Source: Eledone cirrhosa (Eukaryota). Taken from it: a stretch of DNA of 64,000 bases. Location: the NCBI GenBank assembly GCA_964016885.1, contig OZ024755.1, positions 29,388,001-29,452,000 on the forward strand, given 5' to 3'. A program made the position numbers and the translations under genes. Shown piece by piece: positions 1 to 13,729 of the stretch; within the stretch, counting starts at the first letter, position 1, and every line of letters starts with the position of its first letter. The notes under the pieces were generated by a model that searched no databases, had not been told where the DNA came from, and worked only from the letters and a program-made list of their open reading frames with translations.

Positions 1-40
1 TGATATTAATAAATGGAAACTATATTTATAAAACCATATT

Positions 41-87
41 TATTCTAAGGGTACCAAAACTTTGGTACGCTCTCATCAGATAAAATA
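41..87 (-). ncRNA. Decayed hammerhead (GAAA/stem III deleted), homologue of the 27.5-kb family
   Basis: tattttat CTGATGA gagcgtaccaaa gt tttggtaccctt, then a deletion relative to 27628-27735; shares the downstream flank aaatatggttttataaatatagtttccattt. Confidence 0.55.
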
Positions 88-172
88 CAAAGTTTGTTTT
101 ATAAATAATGACATATACAGGAATAAGACCTTAACAGTTAAAGTTTCACCTGGATAGGTAAAACTTGAATCG

Positions 173-290
173 TTAAGGTCTCATTATCACTGCCATGTCC
201 TGCGTCTCCAACAGACCAGTGTCTGTCCTTAGGGCATCAACATATGTTAACCTTGGTCTTCCTCTTCCAGTGTGTCCATGCAGGGGCTCC
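173..290 (-). mobile_element. RTE-clade LINE 3' ORF fragment
   Basis: WEPLHGHTGRGRPRLTYVDALRTDTGL; near-identical copies at 51.3 and 53.9 kb. Confidence 0.75.
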
Positions 291-335
291 CACATAAGAA
301 ACGGAGAATCAGTGTTGCGACGAATAAAATTTATT

Positions 336-432
336 AGACATATTACAATCGTTTCTCTGGCGACCAGCTCCAGACAGGATCGATGCAATGATCGAATCTG
401 ACTCTGAAATCGCAAGCTCCTCAGATACATCT
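336..432 (-). ncRNA. Type I hammerhead ribozyme, long stem II variant, in a fold-back element (arms ~291-405 / 472-585)
   Basis: Minus strand: agatgtat CTGAGGA gcttgcgat...gtcgccaga GAA ACGATTGT A atatgtct. 8-bp stem I with 2 GU pairs, near-palindromic stem III, GUA site. First pair of stem II is mismatched. Confidence 0.7.
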
Positions 433-661
433 CGATTCTACGAAGCAGAGTTTCCAAAATCTTGGATTTAAGAGTCAGGTTCGATCATTGCATCGATCGT
501 GCCTCGAGCTGGTCGCCAGAGAAACGATTGTAATATGTCTAATAAATGTTATACGTCGCAACACTGATTCTCCGTTTCTTATGTGATATTATACTCTGCT
601 CTGTAAGAGCATCGAGTGCTCAAACGGCCTACCACATGCGGATGCTTTAAGCATCCCACAC

Positions 662-721
<60 letters not shown>

Positions 722-985
722 AAAAAGTGTGGACGTTAGAAAACGTTCTCTACAGATCACCTTATATAAGGAAAAGGATAAACTCAAAAAGGTTTGAAAA
801 ACGCACCTGGTATAAATATAAAGGATCGTTGTAACATATAGAAAAATTGATGTTAGCAAAGCCTGCTTTCTCCGTTTTGGATTATCAAAACATATGTTAT
901 TAGGTCAAATCCTTTTTCGTTAATTCTCATGCATGCTGATTCTCGACCACATCGATTTGGGTCACTTCTGTCTTTGCTAAAGTAA

Positions 986-2115
986 GGGATACAACTGATT
1001 GTTTCGTTGTCACGTGTATGCAGAAAAATGTTCATCTGTGACAAGTGGCGTAATTCTACCTTCTTTTAGTATGGAAAATTATGTTTCAAGTGAGTTGAAT
1101 CTTGGTTTGAATTTTCTGATAAAGATTTTCTCTTTATTAATAACTGCGTTGTTACAACTGGTAAACATTGAAGTTTGGTAGTGTTTTGCCTCCACATTAT
1201 TTTATATGTTTGCTTAGAGGGATCGTTTTAGCATACAAGGTACTGATTTGCTGCATATGGACTGTCATTCTTTGTCAGGCTGTCAGTCCCGGCTGTCCTA
1301 CACAATATCTGTCTTTGAAGTGAAATTTAGGGCCTTCCAGTGGGTAGTTGCACATTCCGCAATAAAATCGAGTACAACTTTTCACATGAGGTCCTCTAAT
1401 TGAGGTTTTTAGCGTTGCCCTTGTCAGTATTGTTTTTGTAATGGTTTGTGTCCATAATGACAATTGTACATCCTTTGTCAGCTTCTTTAATAACAATATT
1501 TTTATGCAGTGTTAGGTCGTTCAGTTGTTTCCATTGCTGTATGCTGGAGTTGGACTTTTTTTGTGGCCTTTTCAGTTTATCAATTGGGAAGTTATAGATG
1601 TAGTCACAGATTTCATCGAGGGCTGCATTCCAGACTCTTAATGGTAGTTATTCTTTTTTTTGCTTTTTACAAGTATTTTATCACTATCTTTTACTTCAAA
1701 ACAATATTCCGTTAGTCTGAGTCTTCTACAGAAGTCCGAAATATCATCTTTAATTTCGGCTACATTAATTGTTTGTGGTGCTGATATGAATTGTTATCCT
1801 TTGTTTAGGATATATATTTGTGAGAGGTCGATTCGGGTATGGCTCCTCTATATTATTCCTCCTGTTAGTATTTTATATGTAGTAATATTTGTAATTGCTG
1901 TGTAATTCCTAACTGTATCCGTTGAATTGTTGCTTAAACTTATATGTTGTGTGTTGGTTTCGGTTCAGTCTGAGATTATTTATCTTCTTCCCTGTGTTGG
2001 GTCTATTCTCTCTGAAGTTTGTATTTCTGTTTTCCACGAGGTTGCCACGAACATTATGTAGGCACTCCGACAGAGATAAATCAATATGCTTGAGTTTTAA
2101 CAACAAAATCAATTA
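986..2115 (-). mobile_element. Decayed, internally deleted Penelope-like element
   Basis: Minus translation gives NIVIKEADKGCTIVIMD (PLE RT N-terminal DKG motif, ~1450-1500), YCVGQPG..QRMTVH and EKIFIRKFKPRFN (GIY-YIG remnants). Decayed HHR CAGATGA...GAAACAATCAGTTGTA at 986-1042 in the 3' UTR. Confidence 0.75.
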
Positions 2116-2269
2116 AACATTATAACAAATGATTTGATAATCCGAAGCGGAGAAAGCGAGTTTCGCTGACATCAATTATATATATATATATATATACCTA
2201 ATATATATATATACCTAATCTATTCCTTCCATAGACTGTGTACCGATTGTGTTGTTATTTATGTTTACC

Positions 2270-2338
<69 letters not shown>

Positions 2339-2456
2339 TATACATACATATATATATATATGTGTGTACTACATATATATATTCACACATATTCCCACTA
2401 ACACACATATATGCATATATATACATATATATGTATATATATATAAAATATGTGAG

Positions 2457-2511
<55 letters not shown>

Positions 2512-2663
2512 AAGAGATAGGGGGATTTCTATATCTTCGATATTCAATATTGATAGAGAAGCGAAAGGTATTAATACGAATACTAATGATTGTGTATTTA
2601 AAGTAGAGTATGTGTACTTCAATAAGTGGTTCAAAAAGTGAAAATCATGTTGGAGTTTAATAT

Positions 2664-2715
<52 letters not shown>

Positions 2716-2917
2716 TGGTGGTGGTGGCTGTGTGTGCGGGGTGATGCTGCTGCTGATTGGAGGTCCTAGAATCTGTTTCAGAATCCATGTATGCTCCTCC
2801 GTTATTTTATAGAAATTAGGATGTTATATATCCGTCGCCATATATCTATGGTGTTAATAAGTTTGTTGTTATTTAACCCCAGGTCAGCACTATTTGGACA
2901 GTAATGTTATCAAGTAA

Positions 2918-3290
2918 TAATTGTTGCTACTTTTGGCACAAGGCCAGCAAATTACCCAGTACATTACTGGTACTTTATTTTATCGACCCCGTAAGGATGA
3001 AAGGCAAAGTCAACCTCGGCGGGATTTGAACTCAGATCGTAAAGGGACGTAACTTTGCTGCAAAGCATGGCGTCCCACCCTCCACCGATACTGCCAATTC
3101 ATGGCGGATTGGCAGTATCGGTGGAGGGTCGGACGCCATGCTTTGATGCATAGAGTTACGTCCCTTTATGATCTGAGTTCAAATCCCGCCGAGATTAACT
3201 TTGCCTTTCATCCTTACGGGGTTGATAAAATAAAGTACCAGTAATACACTGACATAATTGCTGGCCTTGTGCCAAAAGTAGAAACAAATA
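2918..3290. mobile_element. Head-to-head pair of tRNA-derived SINE copies (2918-3100 minus, 3104-3290 plus)
   Basis: A-box TGGCAGTATCGG, B-box GAGTTCAAATCCC, central GCCTTTCATCCTTACGGGGTCGATAAAATAAAGTACCAG (resembles the Meta/RUDI SINE domain), AATTATT tail. Confidence 0.85.
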
Positions 3291-3420
3291 TTATCAAGTA
3301 ATAATAATTGTGACCATTCTCTCTTCTCCCTCTGTAAGGAAGTTAAACAAGAATCTAGAGGTCCATCACGCTCGTAGTCTCGAAAAACTAAGTTTCTTGT
3401 TTGGAGATTTCTATAATTCA

Positions 3421-3745
3421 TAATTGTTTCTACTTTAGGCACAAGGCCAGCAATTACCCAGTACATTACTGGTACTTTATTTTATCGATCCTGTAAGGAT
3501 GAAAGGCAAAGTTAATCTCGGCGGGATTTGAACTCAGATCATAAAGGGCCGTAACTCTATACATCAAAGCATGGAATCCGACTCTCTACCGATACTGCCA
3601 ATCCTGATTTCTAATATAGGCACAATGACAGTGATTTTGGGGGGCGGGAAGTCGATTAAATCGATCCGAGTGCATTACTGTTATTTTATTTTATCATCCC
3701 CGTACGGATGAAAGGCAAAGCTAACCTCGGCGGAATTTGAACTAT
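3421..3745 (-). mobile_element. SINE copy (3421-3604) plus partial variant copy
   Basis: Same consensus as above. Confidence 0.85.
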
Positions 3746-4210
3746 AAATTGATATCTATCATTATAAGTATTTTACCATTCCAATCTTCCGTCTCTATTG
3801 TTGTTATTGCTGCGTTCTGTTACTCCCATTTTTTTGTCTTATTTTATTCATATTTTTTAATTGGCCAAGTGTCTATCCCAGTCGAAAAATGTATATTATT
3901 AATGGCTCTTAACATTCTATCTTTAGTAAACAATCTACATTATATTTTCAGTGGAGATATAAGTTTGTTTACAGAAATCTCAATAAATCATGAGTCTTTA
4001 TATATTCCTTGTTAACGGATCTACACATTTCAGATTCCATTTCAAGTTTATATCTAAATGGGAGGATGCTTTGGATATTTTCTACGATTTGCTCATTAGA
4101 GTAGCAATTTAAGCGAAAGAATAAATATTTCATATCTATAATATAGTTTTCCCTCTCACGTATATCTCTACTTCTCTCGAAATCAACCATGTCATTTCTC
4201 TCTCGCTCTC

Positions 4211-4254
<44 letters not shown>

Positions 4255-4624
4255 GGGAACGATGAAAACTTTTTAGAAGGGTGATGGGTCTTTTGTAATC
4301 CTATTATAGATGTTTTAGTCTGTTCTCCAATCCTTGTTTGCGTTTGTTATTATAGGATTTCAAGATATGATGACTCCCTCCCACCTATCATTGTCTACTT
4401 TTTCTTCAGGATTATCACAACCCTGAATACAGTCTCCTTTGTATCGATTTTTCAGAGAAGCCTGATATGGTTCAATGTATGTTTGGTAATGTTTGGTAGA
4501 CTAAACGACCGTGTAGCCACTATGGTTTCAAAATGACTAATTCCTAAAAAATCTAGTAAATTTAGTTAAGCTATGCTTCTATGAAGTAAAGGAAGATGAA
4601 ATTCGTATTATTTATATAAAAATA

Positions 4625-4812
4625 TAATTGTTTCTACTTTTGACACAAGGCCAACAATTAGCTCAGTGCATTACTGGTGCTTTGTTTTATCGACCCCGTA
4701 AGGATGAAAGGCAAAGTTAACCTTAGCGGGATTTGATCTCAGACCGTAAAGGGACGCACCTCTATGCTACAAAGCATGGTGTCCGACGCTCTACCGATAC
4801 TGCCAATCCACC
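4625..4812 (-). mobile_element. SINE
   Basis: Consensus match; flanking direct repeat tatataaaaatata. Confidence 0.85.
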
Positions 4813-5624
4813 TTATATATAAAAATATATTGAAAGTTTTAAAGCAGGTAAGGAAAACGTTAAGTGGAAGGGAGATATATAAAGTGATTATTTATACAGA
4901 TTTATGTCATGTGAAAATTCAATAATCAATTTGATGAATTATTTCAATTTCCTAGCTGTTACATTCTACACGGTTTTTTTGTATAATAAATTATGCTTTG
5001 TAATATATAAATCATTTATTTGGTATGAATAATCTCAACAAATATGCTGATGTCTTCCTGTGAATCCATGTAATGTAAATACATATTAGGCAGTTTAGCC
5101 CCTGAAACATTGCTTTTACAGTGTTAATATTACAATTCATGTCTATTTTGTGATTTACGAGGTTTTAAGAAATATCATTTGTTGCAAGTAAAACAGAGGG
5201 AGTGTAAGAGCTTCTTAAATAAGATGTACTTTTCATGAGTACTTAATGAGTAGTTTATCCCTTTTGAGGTGTCTAATCCCAATTTACATTATTTCCCGGC
5301 GGCAAAGACGCAACTTGTTTTACTAAAACAAGTCTCAAAAATCTACCATACGTCCTGGAGGTCGAAAGTTGTTTATTATTTGTTATCAAATTTTGGGTTG
5401 TCAAAATTAGGGTGTGCCCTAGATGACGAAGTGTCTTCGGCGCCGGGAAATACTGTACATATTTGGACTTAAAAACGATCAATAATTAATGTAGAATAGA
5501 TATCAAGCTGCGGCCATCGATAATATTTCAATCGTATTTCATGTGTTCTGCAGCAAATCGAAACTATGAACACTAGATATGTCTGTACAATATTGCACAA
5601 AACGTGCAATGAACGTATTTCCAA

Positions 5625-5810
5625 TAATTGTTTCTACTTTTGGCACAAGGCCAGCAATTTCCCAGTGTATTACTGGTACTTTATTTTATCGACCCCGTAA
5701 GGATGAAAGGCAAAGTTAACCTCGGCGGGATTTGAACTCAGAATGGCAAGGGCCGTAACTCTATGCGTCAAAGCATGGCGTCCGACCCTCTACCGATACT
5801 GCCAATTCAC
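5625..5810 (-). mobile_element. SINE with target-site duplication (TSD)
   Basis: Consensus match; ACGTATTTCCAATAATT repeated on both sides. Confidence 0.88.
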
Positions 5811-7392
5811 TAAACCTCTTACGTATTTCCAATAATTCATTGAAATATGATTGATATAATCATAGTAATATGCTTCAGGCTACATTTTCTGATTTTCATT
5901 AACTTAATGAGATAATATTATATCCGATTTCAGTCAAGGGTACAGGCCATGAAAATATATTTCATTAAAAAAAAGCAGGTGGTGGTAAGAGAGGGGTCAT
6001 GGTGATGACGATGTGACGATGTTAGTGAGGAGGGGGATGACTCGACAACAACAGAGGCGAGAAAGACGATGATAATAATAAGAATGATGATGATGGGTAG
6101 ATCGAATGTTCAATGTTATTCTTTCTCCGGGAAACGCTAACACAACATGAAAAATATCTAGAATTTTCTATATATTTCTCTATACATTCATGTGATATTT
6201 TTTTTTTAATATAGAAAGACCAACCGAAATAACAATGAATCATTTAATATGAAGCGTTGCATTAAAGTGATAACGGGAGTAAAAAAAATATATACACTAT
6301 TTTTTTAAACCCAACGTGTATTCATTCCACGTTTATTTTTTGGAAGCTTATTGAATAGACTTTAAATCCCTCTCAGGTTGAAAAAAAATTTAAAATCGAT
6401 GTGGGCGGATTATCGTTTAAGAAAAATAAACTATATTAACTCGCTTCGTCCAGAATTCACATTTTATTCTTGATACGAACTAAACGCTACTCTACGTCTG
6501 AAAATCTGTAACTGACTGTCTATCCTTGTTAGCCACTCGCGAAGAAAGCGTTCGCATCACGAAGAGGTCGGAATGTATTGACTTCAGACATATACTACCG
6601 AGCAACTACTCCCAACTTCTGGCATGAACACCAAACTAGTATCCTGGCTTTAAATAATTCAGAGTAATGCTAACAATATCAGAATACAGCGGACGACGTA
6701 AATACAGTTGCTTACATCTTGTTACATTGTTCTTACATTTGTCGTCGAAATCGACGTTATGGTATTTTTTTCTGAATTACATACATTAACTTCCATTTAA
6801 ATCCTAAATGCAACTGAATCGACAAATCCTCCCATTATTTTTTTATTGTTACTCATGTATATTATTCTTGTCTCAGCACTGATGATCGATGAAACATCCG
6901 AATCACTAACCTTAAGCACTCTCACACGGTTTCTGAGATTGCTACAATGAGCTCACAGCTTACAGCATTCGTGGCAAGACGTATATATAACACTGGTCAA
7001 CACCAAATTTATTGTCTAAGTTTTTCTTAGCTGATTTAGGACGATTTTGATGTGCTGAATCTAAAAGTCACATTGGTTTTGCTCAATCAGGTCAACTTTT
7101 TGATGTATCGCCACATGATGTTTTTTTTTTAACGTTTTTGTTTACATGTACGGGTATTTTCTATTGATATGATGCAAACTTATTTCTTATTTCTTTAAAT
7201 AAACGAATTCTGAAGAGTTTATATGTGCCAATGTTTATAATGATTATAATCATTATACACAAACATATCGTATGTGCTTTCCTATACATTATATCGTAGT
7301 TCACGCTACGTTACTGCTGCCGCTAATTAATAACTAGTCAAGCTCGCATATATACAAATGAGTATGCCCAGCAAATACTTTATATACAAACT

Positions 7393-7425
<33 letters not shown>

Positions 7426-7429
<4 letters not shown>

Positions 7430-7588
7430 AGAGTCAGGACCCCTGCTTTGGTTCGGATCTAGCTGTCGAAACGGCCGGAGCTCAGCCGTCGGGGCCCTGA
7501 CTCTTTTCCTATTACCCACTCTACTAACCTAAGTTTCGAGTACTCTGTTGCGTTATGGCCCACCTGGTTCCTTACCACTCTTTCTTTG

Positions 7589-7590
<2 letters not shown>
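7426..7590 (+). mobile_element. TA-embedded fold-back element, family A (diverged copy)
   Basis: gctgtc GAAACGGCCGGAGCTCAGCCGTC gggg...; terminal inverted arm gaaaagagtcagg/cctgactcttttc; (TA)n on both sides. Confidence 0.7.
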
Positions 7591-7661
<71 letters not shown>

Positions 7662-7715
7662 TGCAAATATTCAGACATACAAAGAATTGTACATGCAGAG
7701 AACAGGCAACTTAAA

Positions 7716-7895
7716 TAATTGTTTCTACTTTTGGCACAAGGCCAGAAATTATCTCAGTGTATTACTGGTACTTTATTTTATCGACCCCGGTAGGATGAAA
7801 AGCAAAGTTAACCTCGGCGGGATTTCAACTCAGATCTTAAAGGGCCGTAACTCTATGTTGCAAAGCTTGGCGTCCGACCCTCTATCGATACTGCA
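7716..7895 (-). mobile_element. SINE
   Basis: Consensus match. Confidence 0.85.
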
Positions 7896-8267
7896 ATAAA
7901 CGAAAATATTATGATTATTCATTTAGTAACTTAATTAAAATAATGATATTCTTCTAATTAGACGCGCCATAAATCACCAACGAATGTGGCATCTCTCTTA
8001 CTCTCTTTAATAGTAAAAGGTTGCTATGATATTTACTATAGAGACAAAGCATAATAAAAGTGCAGTCCCTGTTGATTTTAGCAAACGGAAATGTATCTTC
8101 TGTCAGCAGTCGTTGAAAATTTGCATAATTCATGTTATTGCATAGAAGTTGATGATAGGTGGCGTAAAACTACGTACATAAATTAGTTTTCTATTGCTTT
8201 TTACAAGTTTACAAACATGTTCAGATTTGTGAAAGTCATAGCAGTTATATATTATTTCACTTGTTTC

Positions 8268-8758
8268 TTAACACTTTAGCATTTAGTTACTATTATATTT
8301 TTGTAGTTGAGTCTTTACCTCACATAATTATCTCACACAATATATCGTTGTAGTTGAGTCTTTACCTCACATAATTATCTCACACAATATCGAATCTATG
8401 AGATTTTGATATTAAGTTCGGACGTGGTGTATATGTGTATCTTTTCATGATAGAGTTCAGCCAGGATCAGTAGTGCTATTAAGTGGTTATATATGGTACT
8501 ATGACATCTAGTCTGGCAGAATTTGACATTAACCATTTAGCATTCACATTACTCTATATTTACTATTATATTTTCACAGTAAACGCTTTACTTCACATAA
8601 TTATCTCATATAATATCGAATCTACGAGATTTTGATATTATTCATTTTGAGAAAATTTACCTTAACATCAGTATGGGTGGCCGGTTACCGCCGGTTTGAA
8701 TTGAAAGAGGTGAGAGAATTATGGTTGAATACCGCCAATTTAAATGTTGAAGTGTTAA
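8268..8758. mobile_element. Two adjacent TTAA-flanked MITE copies (piggyBac-like); 8529-8758 complete
   Basis: TTAA-ccatttagcatt ... aatgttgaagtg-TTAA; homologous to 59427-59655. The first copy has an internal ~47-bp tandem duplication. Confidence 0.65.
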
Positions 8759-9210
8759 ATTAGATTTTCTTGTTTGTGTTCTTTTCTTTTTTAAATAGGT
8801 AGATAAGACAACTTTCAAGCTGTCCCTTATAATATTCCTGACGTCTAAATAGTAACGCATCACATTCGTCGCGGTGAGTCTAAAATAATTATAAGTATAT
8901 CGACTTACAATAAATAAGTGGTCAGGTATTAACAAAATATTCCGCTCCCAAATAAACCCTATTTCTTTCTTTTTACTCTCTCTTTCTTTTTCTCTCACTC
9001 TCTATCTTTGTGTCACACACACATTCACATATGTATGTATGTGTGTATGCATCTATATATGCATATATGTATTTATGTTTGCATGTATGTATGTTTCTAT
9101 GTATGAATGCATGTATGTATACAAAGTATGTATGTATGTATGTATGTATGTATGTATGTATGTATGTATGTATGTATGTATGTATGTATGTATGTATGTA
9201 TGTATGTATG

Positions 9211-11950
9211 TTCTGGTTTTATAATTTCACAAAGTTTTACCAATAGAGAGAGAGTCGGTTTCTAACATAGACACAAGACTCTCTCATTGGAATTTACACA
9301 ACATCAACTAGGTAGATATGTATGTATGCATGCATGTGTAGATATGGATGTTATTGTATGTGTGGATGTGTATGTTTTGAGTTGTATGTGTGCATGTGTA
9401 TATGATTTGTATCTGTACATGTGTATATGCAGTTATTAGATGCAACATTTTTGGAATGTTTTACATATTTTTACTGTTCCATTAATGGATTGTACTTGTA
9501 GTTTCCTAACTAGTTGTGTTCTTTCTGTTCCTGTGAAGCCTAGCTTCTCAAGATTTGCATTGAGGCAGTTACTAACATATCCCAGTGCCTCAACAATCAC
9601 AGGCATAAATCTGAAGGTGTAATCAGGGTGGAGTATCTGCAGATTTCTCATCAGTTCTGCATAAATATTCTCCTTTTCACTAATCTTTGATATTATATTG
9701 GCATCTGCTGGGCAGCTAATTTCCACTACGGTGCATGTTTTCTTCTCCCTGTCCCATACCATAATATCTGGTCTGTTATGCCTGCATTTTATTGGGGTTT
9801 TTACTGGAACATTCCACCAGTACTCTTTCATATAATGTACATGGATGTCTTCCACATTGTTGTAGCTTTTAATGTGTTTATTATCGGGGCTATCTTTTTT
9901 ACGAACTGCATTGTACAGCGTTTTGGCTACTACATCATGCCTCATAGGTAGATAGTACCGCGATGACATCTTTGGGCAGCTGCTGATGACATGGGTGATA
10001 TCCTCGATGTTAGTTCTGCAGAGTCTACACTTGTTATCACATCTAGGTGTTTTGCCTGCATCCCTATCTCTTTTGTGAGTCAGGTATTTCGTGCTAATCT
10101 CCTGTTCTTGAATTGCAAAAGCGTATCCTTCAAAGTGGGAGCCAATATAGCGGTTGTTGGTCCAAGATAGACTACTTTCCTCATCTATATTACTCTCACT
10201 CTGGAGCTTCCTGGCAACACGTCCATGCATGATTTTTTGCTGATAGGCATGCAGTTTTTCATCCATGGATTCGCTGCGATACTGCTGAGCGACATCCCTG
10301 GGTGTGAGTTTTTGATTATCACACAGGGAATATCTCTCAAGGAGTTCCTTCCCAACTCTCATGATCTTATCTCTTTCATGCAGATAGACTTGCTCGAGAA
10401 GCGGGCTCCTACGCTTCGAGGTTCGTAGATGTTGTCGGAGAGATATGATGCGACATTCAAATGTTGTCTGGACTGATGTTAGGCCTCTGTCTCCCTGCTT
10501 ACGTTTCAAGTAAAGGCGGTCTATGTCACTGTTGATGTGGAAGTTTCCGGTGTTGTTCAGTATTTTTCGAGTTCCAACATCAACTGCTCGGATTTCGTCT
10601 ATCTTCAAATTGAGTATTCCAAACGTTGGTGTTAGGACAGGCACAGCAAACACATTGTGAGCCACTGTTTTGTTTTGCGCAGAGAGTTCCGATGACCAGA
10701 TCTTTCTTAATCGGGTGTAGTATTCCCTGGTTACGCGTTCTTTATTACAGATATCATTATAGGATATGTTCTCATCTATCCCCAGGTATCTGTAGCAGTC
10801 CTCATCAGATATCGGTGAAACAGTTAGACCATTGATGACAATGTTGCTAGATTGGGTTGTTGTTTTCCCCCGCTTTACAGTCATGTATGAGCATTTATCT
10901 TGGCCAAACTCCATTCCTATATCCTTTGAGAACGAGAAGATTTGAGAACGAGAAGATTTTTCTTCATCCCATCCATGTTCTTGGCATAGAGTTTCAGATC
11001 GTCCACAAATAAGTTATGGGTTAGGTTCGTATTTCTGTCCTCCTGTGAGCCAATGATGTATCCCTCGCATTTCTTGAGCAGAAAGGACAAGGGGTTTAAT
11101 GACAAGATGAGCAATATCACAGAGAGACTGTCCCCCTGAAATATACCCCTGCAATATTTTATTTTATCAGTGAAAATAGAGTCATCCCTCTCTGTCTTTA
11201 ACCTTAGGATAGTAGCCCAAGAAGAAGACAATAATGTCTGACAATAATGTCTGGGATTTTAGCAAGTTGGAGGGCCTCTATCATCCAAGAGTGGGGAACA
11301 GAATCGAAAGCTTTCCTGTAGTCCAGCCAGACTGTAGTCATATTCCTCCTAAGTTGTCGCACCTCCGACATCGCAGTTTTGTTGATTAGGAGTTGTTCAG
11401 CACATCCCCAAACCCTTTTCTTTCCAGCTGCTTGTTCATCTGTGATGATGTTATTATTTTCACAGTGATCTTGGAGGAATAGGTTCAGGCAGGCTGTATA
11501 CATCTTATACATCAGGTTCTGGCATGCAATGGGTCGGTAGTTTTTTGCCAAGTGGGTGTCTTTGTTCTTGGGGACCAGTAACGTTTGTGCTAATGTCAAC
11601 CATTCTGGTATAAGTGTATCTCCCTTAAGAACTTGTTGGTAGATAGAATATTAGTTTTTTGTACCAGTAGCCGACAATCATGTCTCTTCCTGGTGTTTTC
11701 TTATCTTGGAGTTTTCCTATAACAGTCTCAAGGGTACCCTCACTTATTTCGTATGTTTTTGTTGTAGTGTAGGAGCAATAGTTCTTTCGGATTTCTCTTA
11801 GCCACACTGCATCTTGGTTGAAATTCTTCTTTTCACCCCATATTTTTCTCCAAAAGGAACCTATGTCTTTCTGGGATGGGGCCTCAGTGATACTTATTAT
11901 TTTGCCCTTCATATCTCTATAGACTGATGTTTGGTTTCGTCTGAATCTTT
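9211..11950 (-). mobile_element. 5'-truncated, frameshifted non-LTR retrotransposon with restriction-like endonuclease (R4/Dong clade)
   Basis: RT motifs NYRPIAC, WLDYRKAFDSVPH, GIFQGDSLS, FVDDLKLY, MEFGQDKC; CCHC knuckle CRLC...HVISSC; RHD; RPDIMV...VVEISCP. Flanked by (TATG)n on both sides. Confidence 0.93.
9436..10914 (-). pseudogene. C-terminal RT / zinc knuckle / RLE ORF segment of the R4/Dong LINE
   Basis: 492-aa open segment; the upstream parts (10917-11231, 11204-11599, 11625-11950) are broken by frameshifts. Confidence 0.88.
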
Positions 11951-12074
11951 GTATGTATGTATGTATGTATGTATGTATGTATGTATGTATGTATGTATGT
12001 ATGTATGTATGTATGTATGTATGTATGTATGCATGCATGCATGAATGAATGTATGTATGTATGCATGAATGTAT

Positions 12075-12215
12075 GTATGAGAGTTCGATTCCCGATGGCG
12101 CTCTGTATCCTTGAGTAAGAAATTGATTTCACGTTGTTCCTGTCCTTTCAGTTGGCGAAAATAAGTTGTGTCTGTGATTAGAAGAGCCAGTCTTGTGACG
12201 TTCTGTGTCACGCTG
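12075..12215 (+). mobile_element. Second SINE family fragment
   Basis: gagttcgattccc...ccttgagtaagaaattgatttcacgttgttcc, reverse complement of the family at 17.8-18.3 kb. Confidence 0.6.
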
Positions 12216-12216
12216 A

Positions 12217-12298
12217 GGTCTGACGAGCTTTTGATTCCAGAGTCGGGCTAGATCGATACAGATCGAACCTGAGCTGATCAGTAGCGAAATGCCCTTAT
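12217..12298 (+). ncRNA. Hammerhead-like motif (intact core, long stem II, poor stem III/I)
   Basis: ggt CTGACGA gct...agc GAAA; interior homologous to 336-432, 22894-22985 and 25198-25303. Confidence 0.5.
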
Positions 12299-12651
12299 AT
12301 TTATTTAGCGGTTTCTCCTTTGTTGCATACCATGTGCAATTACAAAATACACTGCGATCCCTCTTGTATTTCTTTTGGGGATCTCAAAAAGGGAACAGTC
12401 AACAATTTTGGACAGGTGATGCATATCAAAAAGAGTATTTATATTCTTAGGGTTCTAATTTCGCCTCCTACTCTTGCAATTCGTAGTTAATAATAAACAC
12501 CGAGGTTTATCAAATCACCTAATTTTCTCAGAGTGGATGGGTCGACAAAGTAAGAAAGTTTTATCTCATGGAAGTTATAGATGGATTAGTTGAAGGAGCT
12601 TCAGAAACAATTCTGCAACTTAATACTGTATTTCTCTACAGAGAAAAATAA

Positions 12652-12844
12652 TAATTGTTTCTACTTTTGGCACAAGGCCAGCAATTACCCCAGTGTATTA
12701 CTGGTGCTTTATTTTATCGACCCGGTAAGGATGAAAGGCAAAGTTAACCTCGACGGGATTTGAACTCAGACCATAAAGGGCCGTAACTCGTTGCTGCAAA
12801 GCATGGCGTCAGACCCTCTATCGATACTGTCAATCCACTGCCCT
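12652..12844 (-). mobile_element. SINE
   Basis: Consensus match; direct repeat tacaga..aaaataataat on both sides. Confidence 0.85.
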
Positions 12845-13729
12845 TACAGAAAAATAATAATGGCAAAATCATTTTTACAACCTAAAAACCTTTCAATATG
12901 AGGAAAATTCTGATTTATATATTGTATCTTCTCTCGCTTTTTATTTTCAACAGATTTTCTCATATAATAAAATAACCGAATATATATCAGCGAAGAAGTA
13001 GAATATGTGAGAGAATATACAGCAACAAGTACAACTATAATAAAAACATAAAATATCCGAATATTATGCATGTGATTTTCATTGTTTTTAGATGTTATAG
13101 TACATTTTATTAGCATTATCATTGTAGTATTGATTCTAGTAAAAAATATGATATACCATTGTAGTTTGAGTAGTTTGAGAAATTCAGTACGAATTTCTTT
13201 TTTTATTATTACTGTTAAAAATCAGAAGTTTCTTGTTATATAAAATCCGCTTTCCTTAATAATATCTCTTTGTAAATATTATATATTGGTAAATATCTAT
13301 CAAATTAGATTTCTGAAGAACTGAAGAGCGGAATCCACAAATATTGGAATGGTGCGTAAATATTTCCCATTAAATGAAAAAAAAATAATTTGGAATTTAA
13401 TTAGTGAACTATGTAAACTATGATAGTGGAGCAAGGTCCTAGCACACCCATTCCACTATCTTTACCAATCAAAGGAAGCAATCTGGAATATATATTTGTA
13501 TGGTATGTCTATTCTTATATCTACCCTTTTTCTGTACTACTAATAAAGATTCTAACTTCATTGTTTTCGAGAAAGACGGTTTGATCGAACCCATATATTA
13601 TGTCTGATAGTATACAGTTTTCCAACTGCTATAGATCAGTCAATATATCGATATGATCAACCCTCCGAAAAGATCGTAAAACAATGAATGAAATATGTAA
13701 AATAAATTGTCTTTGTTATTATTGTTAAA

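Noticed and set aside
4345-4415. Minus-strand CTGAAGA...GAAATCCTATA
   Set aside because: Stems I and II are not convincingly paired.
6879-6903. CTGATGA-tcgatg-aaa-catcc-GAAT
   Set aside because: GAAA is broken and stems I and III are absent; could be chance.
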